The notes under the pieces: generated by a model
Database searches by the model: none
What the model saw: only the letters and a program-made list of their open reading frames with translations
Told to the model about the DNA's origin: nothing
DNA from: a virus
IMG/VR virus record: IMGVR_UViG_3300036800_000073
Span: 1 to 64,000 of that record
Direction: 5' to 3' (one strand)
DNA length: 64,000 bases
Position numbers and translations under genes: made by a program
Shown here: piece by piece, positions 40,295 to 49,534 of the stretch
Layout: every line of letters starts with the position of its first letter
Position numbering within the stretch: position 1 is the stretch's first letter

Positions 40295-40508
40295 GTCGAA
40301 CCAATAGACTGAAATCGGCTAACACCATTTCCCGCAAGGGACGAAGTAGGCCGACCAGACCGCGATAGGGTCTCGCCAGAACAACAAGCATACTCAGGCT
40401 GCGCGTGTCGAGTGGAAATGCTGTGGGAAAGTCTGGCTATAAACTTACCAAAGTCAACTATTTAGATGGTCACGTTGCGCTGTGGAAATTTAGCGCGACC
40501 CAACCGAC
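40295..40508 (+). ncRNA. Candidate multi-branched structured RNA (unknown class)
   Basis: At least 8 nested helices; starts about 6 nt after the promoter -10. Confidence 0.5.
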
Positions 40509-40534
40509 TTGCAGGAACATCACCGCCTGCGGCG

Positions 40535-40897
40535 ATGATGCTTCCCGCTCCACAAAAGGCCCAGATTCACCAAAGTGGAGCTGCCGTGCCATTTCAGGTG
40601 CAAGTACAACTGCACGACAAAACTGTGTCGCGCTGGATTTCGCAGCAGGATGCAGACGCGCGGGTGGCCAGGGGCGAGGCCGTGCGCGTGTCGCGCAAAG
40701 CCCACCAGCCATTCAAGATCATCCGGCTTTGCAAGCCCGTGGAACCTTCCGATTCTCCCAACAGTCCAGCGTCGATCACCGAGGGTGAAATGCACATCAA
40801 TGCGCGAGCGATTGAATGCTCCGAGGTTCATCTCGCGGAAGTCCAGGAAAAAGTGCTTGCGTTCGAGCCTCTGATGCTTGAGGTCGTGCTGGCGTGA
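40535..40897 (+). CDS. Hypothetical protein
   Basis: ORF after the structured leader; stop overlaps the next start. Confidence 0.5.
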   Translation: MMLPAPQKAQIHQSGAAVPFQVQVQLHDKTVSRWISQQDADARVARGEAVRVSRKAHQPFKIIRLCKPVEPSDSPNSPASITEGEMHINARAIECSEVHLAEVQEKVLAFEPLMLEVVLA

Positions 40898-41128
40898 AGA
40901 CGCGCGATCGGTCCAGCGGACAGTTCGTGACCTGTAAAGGATGCGAGACGACGCTGGCGATTCCCACGGCTATCCTGGGCCGACCGATGCAAACCATTCT
41001 CTGGCTGGAGCGGCGCAGACGGGAGCACGCGGACTGCGCATCGTTCGCCACAGTGAAAGAGGCTCAAGCGGAGCGACGGTGGAAAATAGCAGTTCACTTT
41101 GCGCAGCGCCGGGCCGCTCGGCCCGGTG

Positions 41129-41590
41129 TCACACTGCCAGCGAAATCTCCAGTTGCTTGCCGAGTGCATTGAGGGCTGCAGCAAGCGATCCAATCTTCGT
41201 GTTGTGGCGAAGATCCAGGAGCCGCGTCACTTCCTGGGGAGTGACGCGCATCCGGCGCGAGAGTTCGGCTTGGCTCATGCGTTGAGCGGCCATCTCGCCG
41301 ATCAGCAGCAGCTTAACCGCGAAGTCTGGCGAAACGGCGATCAGGCGGTGTGCCTTACATACGCGCTGGTGATGTTTGCGAGATGAACCATGGCCATGGC
41401 GAATTTTAGAGGGAACCGGCAGGGCTTTACCGTCGCGCACTAGAAAGTAGAGCGCCGATTCCAGAGCGTCTCGACCGTGGCGCATGGCGTCTTCGAAATC
41501 GTCTCCCTGAGAGTAGACGCCGGGAAAGTCGGGAAAGCTGACCATAAAGGTGTCGCCGTCCGGTTGTATTGTCGCTACGTAGCTCAACAT
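41129..41590 (-). CDS. hicB: HicB antitoxin
   Basis: VSFPDFPG..SQGD..EDA, C-terminal HTH (SQAELSRRM..TPQEV.RL). Confidence 0.9.
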   Translation of the reverse strand: MLSYVATIQPDGDTFMVSFPDFPGVYSQGDDFEDAMRHGRDALESALYFLVRDGKALPVPSKIRHGHGSSRKHHQRVCKAHRLIAVSPDFAVKLLLIGEMAAQRMSQAELSRRMRVTPQEVTRLLDLRHNTKIGSLAAALNALGKQLEISLAV

Positions 41591-41597
41591 GGTGTTC

Positions 41598-41783
41598 CTA
41601 TCTGAGCCTGATCGCCAGGTCGCGTTCGATGGCCTTGAGAAGCCCGATGCCGATGTCCTTGCCGGAGTGCATAGGAAGGATGGATTGCCTGCCGTTCAGA
41701 AGCACATGGAGATGAGAGCCTTTGCCCCATTCGAATGTGGCTCCCTTCGCCGCCAGCATCCGTCTTAATTCTTTCGCTCTCAT
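41598..41783 (-). CDS. hicA: HicA mRNA interferase toxin
   Basis: 61 aa; GKGSH, LPMH, LLKAI; directly upstream of hicB. Confidence 0.9.
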   Translation of the reverse strand: MRAKELRRMLAAKGATFEWGKGSHLHVLLNGRQSILPMHSGKDIGIGLLKAIERDLAIRLR

Positions 41784-41953
41784 GATTAAAGTATAAGCAA
41801 TTTTGCTGATGATTGCAACATAATTTAACATCTTTGGTTTCAAGTGTTTAATGGCGTTATGCATTGATTATAAAGGCGTTACATGGTAGCCGCGATAATC
41901 ATTATGCCGAATCGCCGCGAAAAGGCTGGGAGGCGAGCCTGTGAGCGTTCACC

Positions 41954-42520
41954 ATGCCAGAACCGGCCAAGCGTCCCGTGGGGCGACCGAGCAAGAAATT
42001 CAATCAGCGACATGCTGAGCACATTCTGGATTGCTGGTCCTGTAGCGCATTCTCGCTGGAGCGTGTGTTGGAGGAATTAAGACAAAAAGATGCCCGCTAT
42101 CCAAGTCTTACCACCGTTTGGAGTTGGAAGCGTCGCTATCCAGAATTTGCGAAGGCTTACGCGCACGCGCGAATAGATCGCGCCGACTATATGGCGGATG
42201 GGGCGCTGGATGAGGCGCTGACCACGCGCAAAGGGATCTTCCGCAAGAGCAGCTTAAAGAGCGGCGTTAAGACCGATGAACTCCGCGAGGACGACAATGT
42301 TGCTCGCTCGCGATTGATTGCCGAAATGAAAATGCGCCGGGCCAGCCAGTTGAACCCGAAGGAATATCGGGAGCGGATGCCGGATGCTCACGATGAAGGT
42401 CCCAACGAACAACTCGAAGCCCTGCAACGGGCGCTGCTCGACGGGCCGGTTGACACGCCGGAAGATGATCCGGGCAAAGCGATCGAACCTGCGCCAGATG
42501 AGAAAGAGCCTGGGTCATGA
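41954..42520 (+). CDS. Terminase small subunit
   Basis: GRPSK, PSLTTVWSW, EF..AY..AR; overlaps the large subunit start. Confidence 0.85.
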   Translation: MPEPAKRPVGRPSKKFNQRHAEHILDCWSCSAFSLERVLEELRQKDARYPSLTTVWSWKRRYPEFAKAYAHARIDRADYMADGALDEALTTRKGIFRKSSLKSGVKTDELREDDNVARSRLIAEMKMRRASQLNPKEYRERMPDAHDEGPNEQLEALQRALLDGPVDTPEDDPGKAIEPAPDEKEPGS

Positions 42521-43788
42521 GCGCGATCTTCAAACGCTTTGGCCGCAAGGCACAGCAGTTCATCACCAGGCATCCATCGAAAGACAAGAAATACACTCTG
42601 CTCGAAGGCAGCGTTCGCAGCTCGAAGACGTTCGCGGTCGATGCCAAGCTCATCGCCCATCTATGTCTTTACAAGGTGGAAGGAAAGCGGGTAATCTGCG
42701 GCGCTACCAAGCAAACCGTTTATAAAAACATTCTGCTCGATCTGTTCGGCGTGGTGGGCCGAAAGAACTACACCTACAATGCCGCCAACGGCGAGCTGTG
42801 GCTGTTCGGAACGCAATGGTTCGTGATCGGCGCAAAAGACGAAGCGAGCTACAAGCAAATCCTGGGCATGACCATCGGCATCGCGATCTGCGATGAATGG
42901 ACCGAGTTCCCGCGCAGCTTCACCATGCAGCTTTTCCTTCGCATGTCGCCGGAAGGATCGAGGCTGTATGCCACCACCAATCCCGGGACGCCGCAGCACT
43001 ATCTTTTTACTGAAGTCATTCACGGCGAGGGATTCAAAAACGACATTGAGGTCATTCACTTCACGCTGGCCGACAATCCCAATATTGTGCCCGATGAAAA
43101 ACAGCGCATCATCGCTTCGCAGACCGGGGTCTATTATCAGCGGTACATCCTTGGGCTATGGGTCGTTGCCGAGGGCGCTATCTACAAGGATGCGTGGAAC
43201 GACCGGCTGCTGTATAGCGAGCGGTCGAGGCCGGCCGGCTTGTATGGTGCGGGCGGGTTTGTCGATCATGTGATTGGCATCGACTATGGGACAACCAATC
43301 CATGCGTGTTCCTCGAAGCCATTGATGATGGGGAACGCGCCTGGCTGGACCGCGAATACTTTTGGGATTCGGTCAAGGAAATGAAGCAAAAGACCGATTC
43401 AGAGTATGCCGACGATCTCGAAACATTCATTGCCGGCTCGCGCATCACGGGCCGCACTAATCCGCGGCTCGTGATTGATCCGAGCGCGGCCAGCTTCAAG
43501 TTGGAGTTGATCAAGCGCGGGCTTTGGGTCGTCGATGCCGATAACGATGTGGAGAATGGGATCCGCCGCGTGGCCAGTCTCATGGCAATGAGGCGCTTGA
43601 GAGTGCACGAGGAATGCACCGAGTTCCGCCGCGAAGTCGGCATCTATGAGTGGGACAAAAAGAAAACGATGCTGGGCAAAGAGGAGCCGATCAAGGCTAA
43701 CGATCACACCATGGACGACGTGCGCTATCTGCTCGCCGATCTGTTCCCGGACTGGCGCATGACTTCGGCGGTGGCGCTGGCCGCATAA
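42517..43788 (+). CDS. Terminase large subunit (PBSX-like)
   Basis: Walker A EGSVRSSKT, AICDE, TTNP, GIDYG, IDPSA, NDHTMD..RY. Confidence 0.95.
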   Translation: MSAIFKRFGRKAQQFITRHPSKDKKYTLLEGSVRSSKTFAVDAKLIAHLCLYKVEGKRVICGATKQTVYKNILLDLFGVVGRKNYTYNAANGELWLFGTQWFVIGAKDEASYKQILGMTIGIAICDEWTEFPRSFTMQLFLRMSPEGSRLYATTNPGTPQHYLFTEVIHGEGFKNDIEVIHFTLADNPNIVPDEKQRIIASQTGVYYQRYILGLWVVAEGAIYKDAWNDRLLYSERSRPAGLYGAGGFVDHVIGIDYGTTNPCVFLEAIDDGERAWLDREYFWDSVKEMKQKTDSEYADDLETFIAGSRITGRTNPRLVIDPSAASFKLELIKRGLWVVDADNDVENGIRRVASLMAMRRLRVHEECTEFRREVGIYEWDKKKTMLGKEEPIKANDHTMDDVRYLLADLFPDWRMTSAVALAA

Positions 43789-43806
43789 AGAAGAGGCTTT
43801 TCTCAA

Positions 43807-44409
43807 ATGGCGCGTTATCGCAACCAGCGGTTCTCAGATTTAGCTGACTTCGATCGCTGGCTAAGAGAGCGCGCGTCGATACGGATCGCCGCCGTATTCC
43901 CTTATCGAAACGAGATCGATGTTGTCTACGAGGTCGAATTCGTCGATCCCGTTGTAAAGTCGTTGGCACTTTTAACCGAGGGAGTTTCTATTCTCCGGTC
44001 GGTGCTGAGTTTCTTAAACAAAACCGACAACCGCATAGTGGGCGGTTCATTCCGCCAGATAGGAAATCCCATGCTCCCGATTCAGCCAGGCAATTCTCCG
44101 CAGTTTCAAGTCACCCCGACCTGGGCGACCCCTCCCGCCGATGGCGTGACCACCAAGCTGGCGCAAGCGTCTGTCACCAGCTCCGATCCCGTCAACTTTC
44201 CTGTCGCCTTGAATGGCGATGATCCGACCGGGCTCACGTTCACCGCTGCGATTCCGGCGACTGCTGTGCCCACGGGCGGAAATGAAGCGATCACCGTGAC
44301 CTGGTCCTATGAGAATGCGGACGGCACCACGGCCACGGTCACCGGCACCGTAACCGAGATTGGCATTGTGGACGATGTGACAGGCGGCACGTTCGCGCAG
44401 ACGGTCTAG
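43807..44409 (+). CDS. Hypothetical protein with C-terminal Ig-like beta domain (alternative start 44071)
   Basis: Thr/Val/Pro-rich beta-strand pattern. Confidence 0.5.
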   Translation: MARYRNQRFSDLADFDRWLRERASIRIAAVFPYRNEIDVVYEVEFVDPVVKSLALLTEGVSILRSVLSFLNKTDNRIVGGSFRQIGNPMLPIQPGNSPQFQVTPTWATPPADGVTTKLAQASVTSSDPVNFPVALNGDDPTGLTFTAAIPATAVPTGGNEAITVTWSYENADGTTATVTGTVTEIGIVDDVTGGTFAQTV

Positions 44410-44533
44410 CGGCTTCCCACCACCAGAGGGTAGCAACCCTGAGTCTGCCGTGCGGGTGAAAGGCCCGCGCAATAATCATTATTCTTCTGAGGCTTATCTC
44501 GACCGGAGCCTGATCACAAAAGAGAGTGAGCCG

Positions 44534-46180
44534 ATGCCGAGACGCCGCGCAGCCAAGACGACGAAAAAACCCGGCGCGGTCACAGAGTTTCCCAATGCGA
44601 ACGAAGGGACGCTTCCGGAGATGGGACCGGTCGTAGGCGATTCCTACTCGAATCCCGCAGCGCGATTGGGTGTGGGCACGCCAAATCTTGCCGAGGCCGG
44701 TTACTATCCGCTCATTCGCCTCACTGAAGATTATCCGCTGATCCTGAGCCTCTATCGCAGCTCCTGGATTATCCGGCGCATCGTCGAGGCTGTGCCCGAT
44801 GACATGCTGAAGTCGTTCCCGGCGCTGAATACCGAGATCAAGCCCGATCTCATCAAGCGGTTTGAAAAGATCGTGCGCAAGACGGGAACACTCAAGAAAA
44901 TCCGGCAAGCCGCCAAGTGGGGCCGCTTGTTTGGCGGCGCGGGAGCCGTGATCGTGATCGCCGGGCACCACGATCTAGCGGAGCCGCTCGACCTGGAGCA
45001 GGTGGAGCCCGGCTCATACAAGGGCTTGATCACGCTCGACCGCTGGAGCGGCATCATTCCGGGCCCGACGTTGAACGACGATATCGAGGACACGGTAAAC
45101 TTCGGCCTGCCTGCCAACTACAACTGCATCATGGATGCCGGTAGCACCGAAATCCACCATAGCCGCATTTTGCGCTTCATTGGACGCGATCTGCCGCAAT
45201 GGGAAAAACAAGTGGAATTGTATTGGGGAGAGTCCGAAGTCGAGGTCGTCTTCGACGAACTAAAAAAGCGCGACTACTCTTCTTGGAACATCGTGTCCCT
45301 GCTCACCCGAGCGCAGGTGATGTCGATTGAGGAGCCGCAACTTGCCGCGCTGATGTCGGGCATTACCGGAGGCCCGCAGGCGCATCAGAACTTCGTTACC
45401 CGCATGGAGGCGATGAGCCAACTGCTCAACAGCCAAGGGCTCATGGTGCTGGGCAAGGATGGCAAGCTAAACCAGAACACCTATAGCTTTGGCGGTATCT
45501 CCGATGTCTACCACGAATTCATGAAGGACTTGGCCGCGGCGTGCGGGATTCCCTATGAGATTCTATTCGGGCGGGAGTCGGGATTGGGATCCAATGGCGA
45601 GGGTGGGCTGCAAATCTATTACGACATGCTGGAGCAAAAACGCACCAGCGACATAGACCCGGTGATCGATCAGCTCCTGCCAATCATTGCCATGAGCGCG
45701 TTCGGCGAAGTGCCCGACGATCTCGATCATCATTGGCAACCCGTTCGCACCATGACAGAAAAGGAACGCGCCGAGTTGGCCAAGTCTACGGCCGATTCCA
45801 TTGCCGTGTACTTCAATGCCGACCTGATGACCAAGCGCGAAGCCCGCATGGAAATTCAGCAGTCTTCGGTCGCAACAGGGATCGGCAGCAACTTGACGGA
45901 TGAGGCCGTCGCAGCTACACCAGACAAATATGCGAGCGAACTTGGCATGGGCGAAATGCAAGGCGAACAAGGGGAGCAAGGGGAGCAGCCGGGGGAGAAT
46001 GACGGCGAGGGAACCCCGGACCAAGATCAGCATCTCGAAGCCGGCCCGCAGCGCCCAAATCTCGGAGCGGGCAAAGTTGAAAACCCATTCAGCCGCGAAG
46101 AGAGCAAAGACGACAATCCATTCAGCCGCGCGAACATGAAGGAACCGAAGGCGAGGCAACATGAAATGCCTGTTCGCTAA
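44534..46180 (+). CDS. Portal protein (DUF1073/HI1409-like)
   Basis: LYRSSWIIRRIV..P.DM, WGRLFGG, IHHSRI, FGGI, GIP..ILFG, YYD; position after terminase. Confidence 0.9.
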   Translation: MPRRRAAKTTKKPGAVTEFPNANEGTLPEMGPVVGDSYSNPAARLGVGTPNLAEAGYYPLIRLTEDYPLILSLYRSSWIIRRIVEAVPDDMLKSFPALNTEIKPDLIKRFEKIVRKTGTLKKIRQAAKWGRLFGGAGAVIVIAGHHDLAEPLDLEQVEPGSYKGLITLDRWSGIIPGPTLNDDIEDTVNFGLPANYNCIMDAGSTEIHHSRILRFIGRDLPQWEKQVELYWGESEVEVVFDELKKRDYSSWNIVSLLTRAQVMSIEEPQLAALMSGITGGPQAHQNFVTRMEAMSQLLNSQGLMVLGKDGKLNQNTYSFGGISDVYHEFMKDLAAACGIPYEILFGRESGLGSNGEGGLQIYYDMLEQKRTSDIDPVIDQLLPIIAMSAFGEVPDDLDHHWQPVRTMTEKERAELAKSTADSIAVYFNADLMTKREARMEIQQSSVATGIGSNLTDEAVAATPDKYASELGMGEMQGEQGEQGEQPGENDGEGTPDQDQHLEAGPQRPNLGAGKVENPFSREESKDDNPFSRANMKEPKARQHEMPVR

Positions 46181-46991
46181 CTCGCTCGATGTGATGCTGG
46201 ATGGCTGGAGCGAGAGCGCGCATCCGCGCGTATCTAAAGGCAAAGGTGGCGGTCAGTTTACGTCCAAAGGTGGGAGCGGCTCTGCTCAAGCTGGTGCGGG
46301 ATCGACCTCCCCCGCCGCTGCAAAGGCAGTTGCTGCTCCCGCAATTCCGCCAGAGATTCACGCGCATGTTGCCGACTATCAGCGATTGTTTCCTAAGACG
46401 TGGAAGCGGTTCAATGACTCCATGAGTTCGCTGGGGTCTGTCACGGGTCGCGTGAAGGCTGCAGATTCGCTGCAAGACAAGCTGGAGGGCCGCTACAAAG
46501 ACAATGGCTGGGGTCTGGAGCACATCACCGACACTATCGGGATGCGCTGCACATCGGAAACGCTCGCAGGCGTATATGAGGGAGTCGCCGCCGTTCAGAA
46601 GCAATTCAAGGTGACTACCAATGAAAAAGGCGAGCCCGATGTAGACGACAAAATGATCAAGCCGCAAGGTTTCTACCGAGCGGTGCATATCATCGTCGAT
46701 AGTCTGGACAAAACCGGCGTCAAGCGAGCCGAGATCCAGGTACGGACGATCCGCCAGTCCAACGTCGCCGATTGGGGACACGACATCGCGTACAAAGGCA
46801 AGTTCGCCAAGCACGCCGAAGTGCGGGCCTATGCCAACGCTGTCGGCGACGCGAATTGGGAGTTGGACAACGGACGCGAAGCAAAAATGCCGGAGCCGCC
46901 CGAGATTCTGAAAAAGCATGGGCTGGAGTTCGATCCGGCGAAGACCTACTATTCGCATTGGCTGGCGAAAGAGAAGCCGGAGTTTCTGTGA
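46161..46991 (+). CDS. Small alarmone synthetase (RelA/SpoT domain) with FANSLD leader
   Basis: GRVK..SL..K, DTIGMR, YRAVH, EIQVRT, HDIAYK. Confidence 0.88.
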   Translation: MKCLFANSLDVMLDGWSESAHPRVSKGKGGGQFTSKGGSGSAQAGAGSTSPAAAKAVAAPAIPPEIHAHVADYQRLFPKTWKRFNDSMSSLGSVTGRVKAADSLQDKLEGRYKDNGWGLEHITDTIGMRCTSETLAGVYEGVAAVQKQFKVTTNEKGEPDVDDKMIKPQGFYRAVHIIVDSLDKTGVKRAEIQVRTIRQSNVADWGHDIAYKGKFAKHAEVRAYANAVGDANWELDNGREAKMPEPPEILKKHGLEFDPAKTYYSHWLAKEKPEFL

Positions 46992-47203
46992 TGGCCGACA
47001 AGTGGGATCGAAGCAACAAAGCGCCAAAATCGCTATTCCGCGTGATCGGCGAAGACTCGTTCGAGATGCCGCCAGCAAACTATTGGGTAGGCGATTATAA
47101 GACCTACGAAGAGGCGCGCGCTACTGCTCGGAGCTGCGCCAAGCCCTTGAATCCGATGTGCGTTTACGACGACCTTGGGAAGCTGAAGTTCTTGATCGCA
47201 TGA
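46991..47203 (+). CDS. Small hypothetical protein, translationally coupled to the SAS
   Basis: TGATG overlap; 70 aa. Confidence 0.65.
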   Translation: MADKWDRSNKAPKSLFRVIGEDSFEMPPANYWVGDYKTYEEARATARSCAKPLNPMCVYDDLGKLKFLIA

Positions 47204-47368
47204 CGCCGCATGGTAATTTCATCGATGCTCATCTGGTCGCGAATCTGAAATCCGTGCTGATTTGCCGCCGCTGCCTGGCGCTGATCTTTCCTGCCCACGC
47301 TCAAGCGCATAACGCATGGCACGAGCGGCTGCGCCGCGCTGTGGATGAGACGGAGATGTTGGAATCCA

Positions 47369-47836
47369 ATGAAGCCGACAGTCTTTGCCAATAGTCTTGA
47401 TTACTGGTCGGCTTCGCAATGGGCGCTCGATGCGGGAGTGAATGAGACGCGGACGCTGCACGGGCTCACAATCATTATTGAGAATCCGCAGTATTCCATG
47501 CGCGAAGGCTGGGGTTGGATGTCCGCGGCTCCGGCAGATTACGGCTATATAGCCGGCACGGTGGGAGCTGATGGCGATGAGGTTGATTGTTACGTCGGGC
47601 CAAACCCGCGCAGCCAAAACGTTTTCATTGTGGATCAAAACCGTCGAGGCGGCGCGGAGTTCGATGAACACAAAGTCATGCTCAATTATGATTCTGCGGC
47701 GGACGCCAAGCGGGATTATCTCGATGGCCATACCGAGGGAGCTGATATCTTTCGTTCCCTCACGCCAGTCTCGCTCCGGATGCTCAAGCTCTGGTTGCGA
47801 CGCGGCGATATGACTAAGCCCTATAGCGAGGCGTGA
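47369..47836 (+). CDS. Inorganic pyrophosphatase-like protein (phage polyvalent-protein type) with FANSLD leader
   Basis: IEN..S.R.G, DYGYI.GT.GADGDEVD.YVGP, VDQ, FDEHKVML. Confidence 0.85.
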   Translation: MKPTVFANSLDYWSASQWALDAGVNETRTLHGLTIIIENPQYSMREGWGWMSAAPADYGYIAGTVGADGDEVDCYVGPNPRSQNVFIVDQNRRGGAEFDEHKVMLNYDSAADAKRDYLDGHTEGADIFRSLTPVSLRMLKLWLRRGDMTKPYSEA

Positions 47837-47838
47837 CC

Positions 47839-49164
47839 ATGCGAGCGATCTTCGCCAACTCCTTGGACGTGATGCTCGATGGTTTTGAAGAATCGGAACA
47901 TCCGCGAGCGGGCGAAGGTCCGGAGGGCGGACAGTTTGTCGCCAAGGGCGGCTCGGCTCCGGCTGCAAAACATCGCGTGCATAACAAGTATGGCGAAGTG
48001 GGAGAGAAGTTCACCGCCACGATGGGCGCGAAACACCTGAAACCGGGCGATGTCTTAGCGGAGAATGAGCAAGGGCGGGCGCTGAAGGTTCTCAGCCTTG
48101 GACCAAAGACCTCCACGGGCGGGCAGTGGTACAACTTCGAAGTCGTTAATGCGGAAGCCGAACAGACCGGAGGCAAAGGATCGAAGTCGGCCCACCTGGT
48201 CGCTGCGCCAGCGGATCGCGAACAGTGGCCGGAGCACATCAAGAAGCTGGTGGTTCCGCCTGCATGGACCGGCGTTAAGATTGCGCAGAATCCCGATGCC
48301 GATTTGCTGGTGATCGGAAAAGACAAAGCCGGTCGCGATCAATATGTCTACTCGGAAAAGTTCTCGAAGTCGCAAGCGGCTTTGAAGTTCGCCCGCATGG
48401 AGGGACTGCGCAAGGATCGGCCACTCATCGAGGGCCAGCTCGCAGAGCTTCGCAAGAGCACTGAGCCAGGCAAACGCGATCATGCCGACTGCGCCATCCT
48501 GGTTATGAAAATGGGCGTTCGCCCCGGCAGCGATACCGATACGAAGGCGAAAGTCAAAGCCTATGGAGCCACGACGCTTGAAGGCAAGCATGTCGTAGAC
48601 GAAGGCGGAGCGGTGTTCTTGCGTTTCGTAGCCAAGAAAGGCATCTCGCTGAATTTGCCGGTCGAGGATAAGGCGCTGGCGGCGACGCTCACCAAGCGAG
48701 CGAAGAAAGCGGGCCCCGATGGGCGCATCTTCGGCGACGTTCGCGATGGCTCATTGCTCGACTTCGTGCATGGCCTGGATCACGGCGGCTATAAGACGAA
48801 AGACTTTCGCACGGCGCTGGCGAATGACTTGGCGGCTCAAGCGATCAAAGGAGTCGCGAGGCCGGTAGACGCGAAGACATACAAGAAAGCGGTTCGTGAA
48901 GTGGCGCTCAAAGTATCGAGCAGGCTTGGCAATACGCCAACGGTTGCGCTCCAGTCCTACATCCATCCCGCTCTCTTCGCGCCGTGGCAGGGCGCAATGG
49001 CCGTAGTTCAGAAAAAGGGTGAGGCTCCGAAAGCCTCATCAGGTAAACCGGTAGAGAAGCTGTCCAGCAAGTCGCCGACTCCGGCCGCAGCCGGCCTGAA
49101 TGCCGCGCAAAAAGCCTGGGCGACACGGCGAGCCGCGCGGGAGGCACAGAATGCCGCAGCCTGA
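47839..49164 (+). CDS. DNA topoisomerase IB with FANSLD leader
   Basis: PPAW..V.I, G.D..GR.QY.Y, RPGS, YGATTL, F.AKKG, KDFRT, LGNTP.V...SYIHP (catalytic Tyr). Confidence 0.93.
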   Translation: MRAIFANSLDVMLDGFEESEHPRAGEGPEGGQFVAKGGSAPAAKHRVHNKYGEVGEKFTATMGAKHLKPGDVLAENEQGRALKVLSLGPKTSTGGQWYNFEVVNAEAEQTGGKGSKSAHLVAAPADREQWPEHIKKLVVPPAWTGVKIAQNPDADLLVIGKDKAGRDQYVYSEKFSKSQAALKFARMEGLRKDRPLIEGQLAELRKSTEPGKRDHADCAILVMKMGVRPGSDTDTKAKVKAYGATTLEGKHVVDEGGAVFLRFVAKKGISLNLPVEDKALAATLTKRAKKAGPDGRIFGDVRDGSLLDFVHGLDHGGYKTKDFRTALANDLAAQAIKGVARPVDAKTYKKAVREVALKVSSRLGNTPTVALQSYIHPALFAPWQGAMAVVQKKGEAPKASSGKPVEKLSSKSPTPAAAGLNAAQKAWATRRAAREAQNAAA

Positions 49165-49534
49165 TTCCCTTCCCGATATTCACTTTGGCAGCGCCGAGGC
49201 AGCATCGCTTGATTGGCGCAAATACAAGGATGATTCTCCCGATGACGATGAAGAGTTGGAGCACACGCCGCCGAGTATCGTCGCCATGCTCGGATTCGAT
49301 CCCCGTGAGGCCGAAGACGGATGATCGCGAGGTCCACATGTCTGTCGAGATTGATGCCAACACCATCACCATCAATGGGAAGCATCTGGCGGTGAATGTG
49401 TTTTATGCCATCATGGACACCAGCTCAAGGCAACGCACCTTGTGGCAGTTCATCGAAAAGGATGGCGAGATTCAAGCTGTCGCTTATAGCGAGCGGCAAG
49501 TGATCTGGATCGATCATGGAGTCAATGAAGACTG

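Noticed and set aside
44534-46180. Anti-CBASS Acb1 label sometimes attached to DUF1073 proteins
   Set aside because: Size, motifs and position indicate a portal; no paired HxT phosphoesterase motifs are evident.
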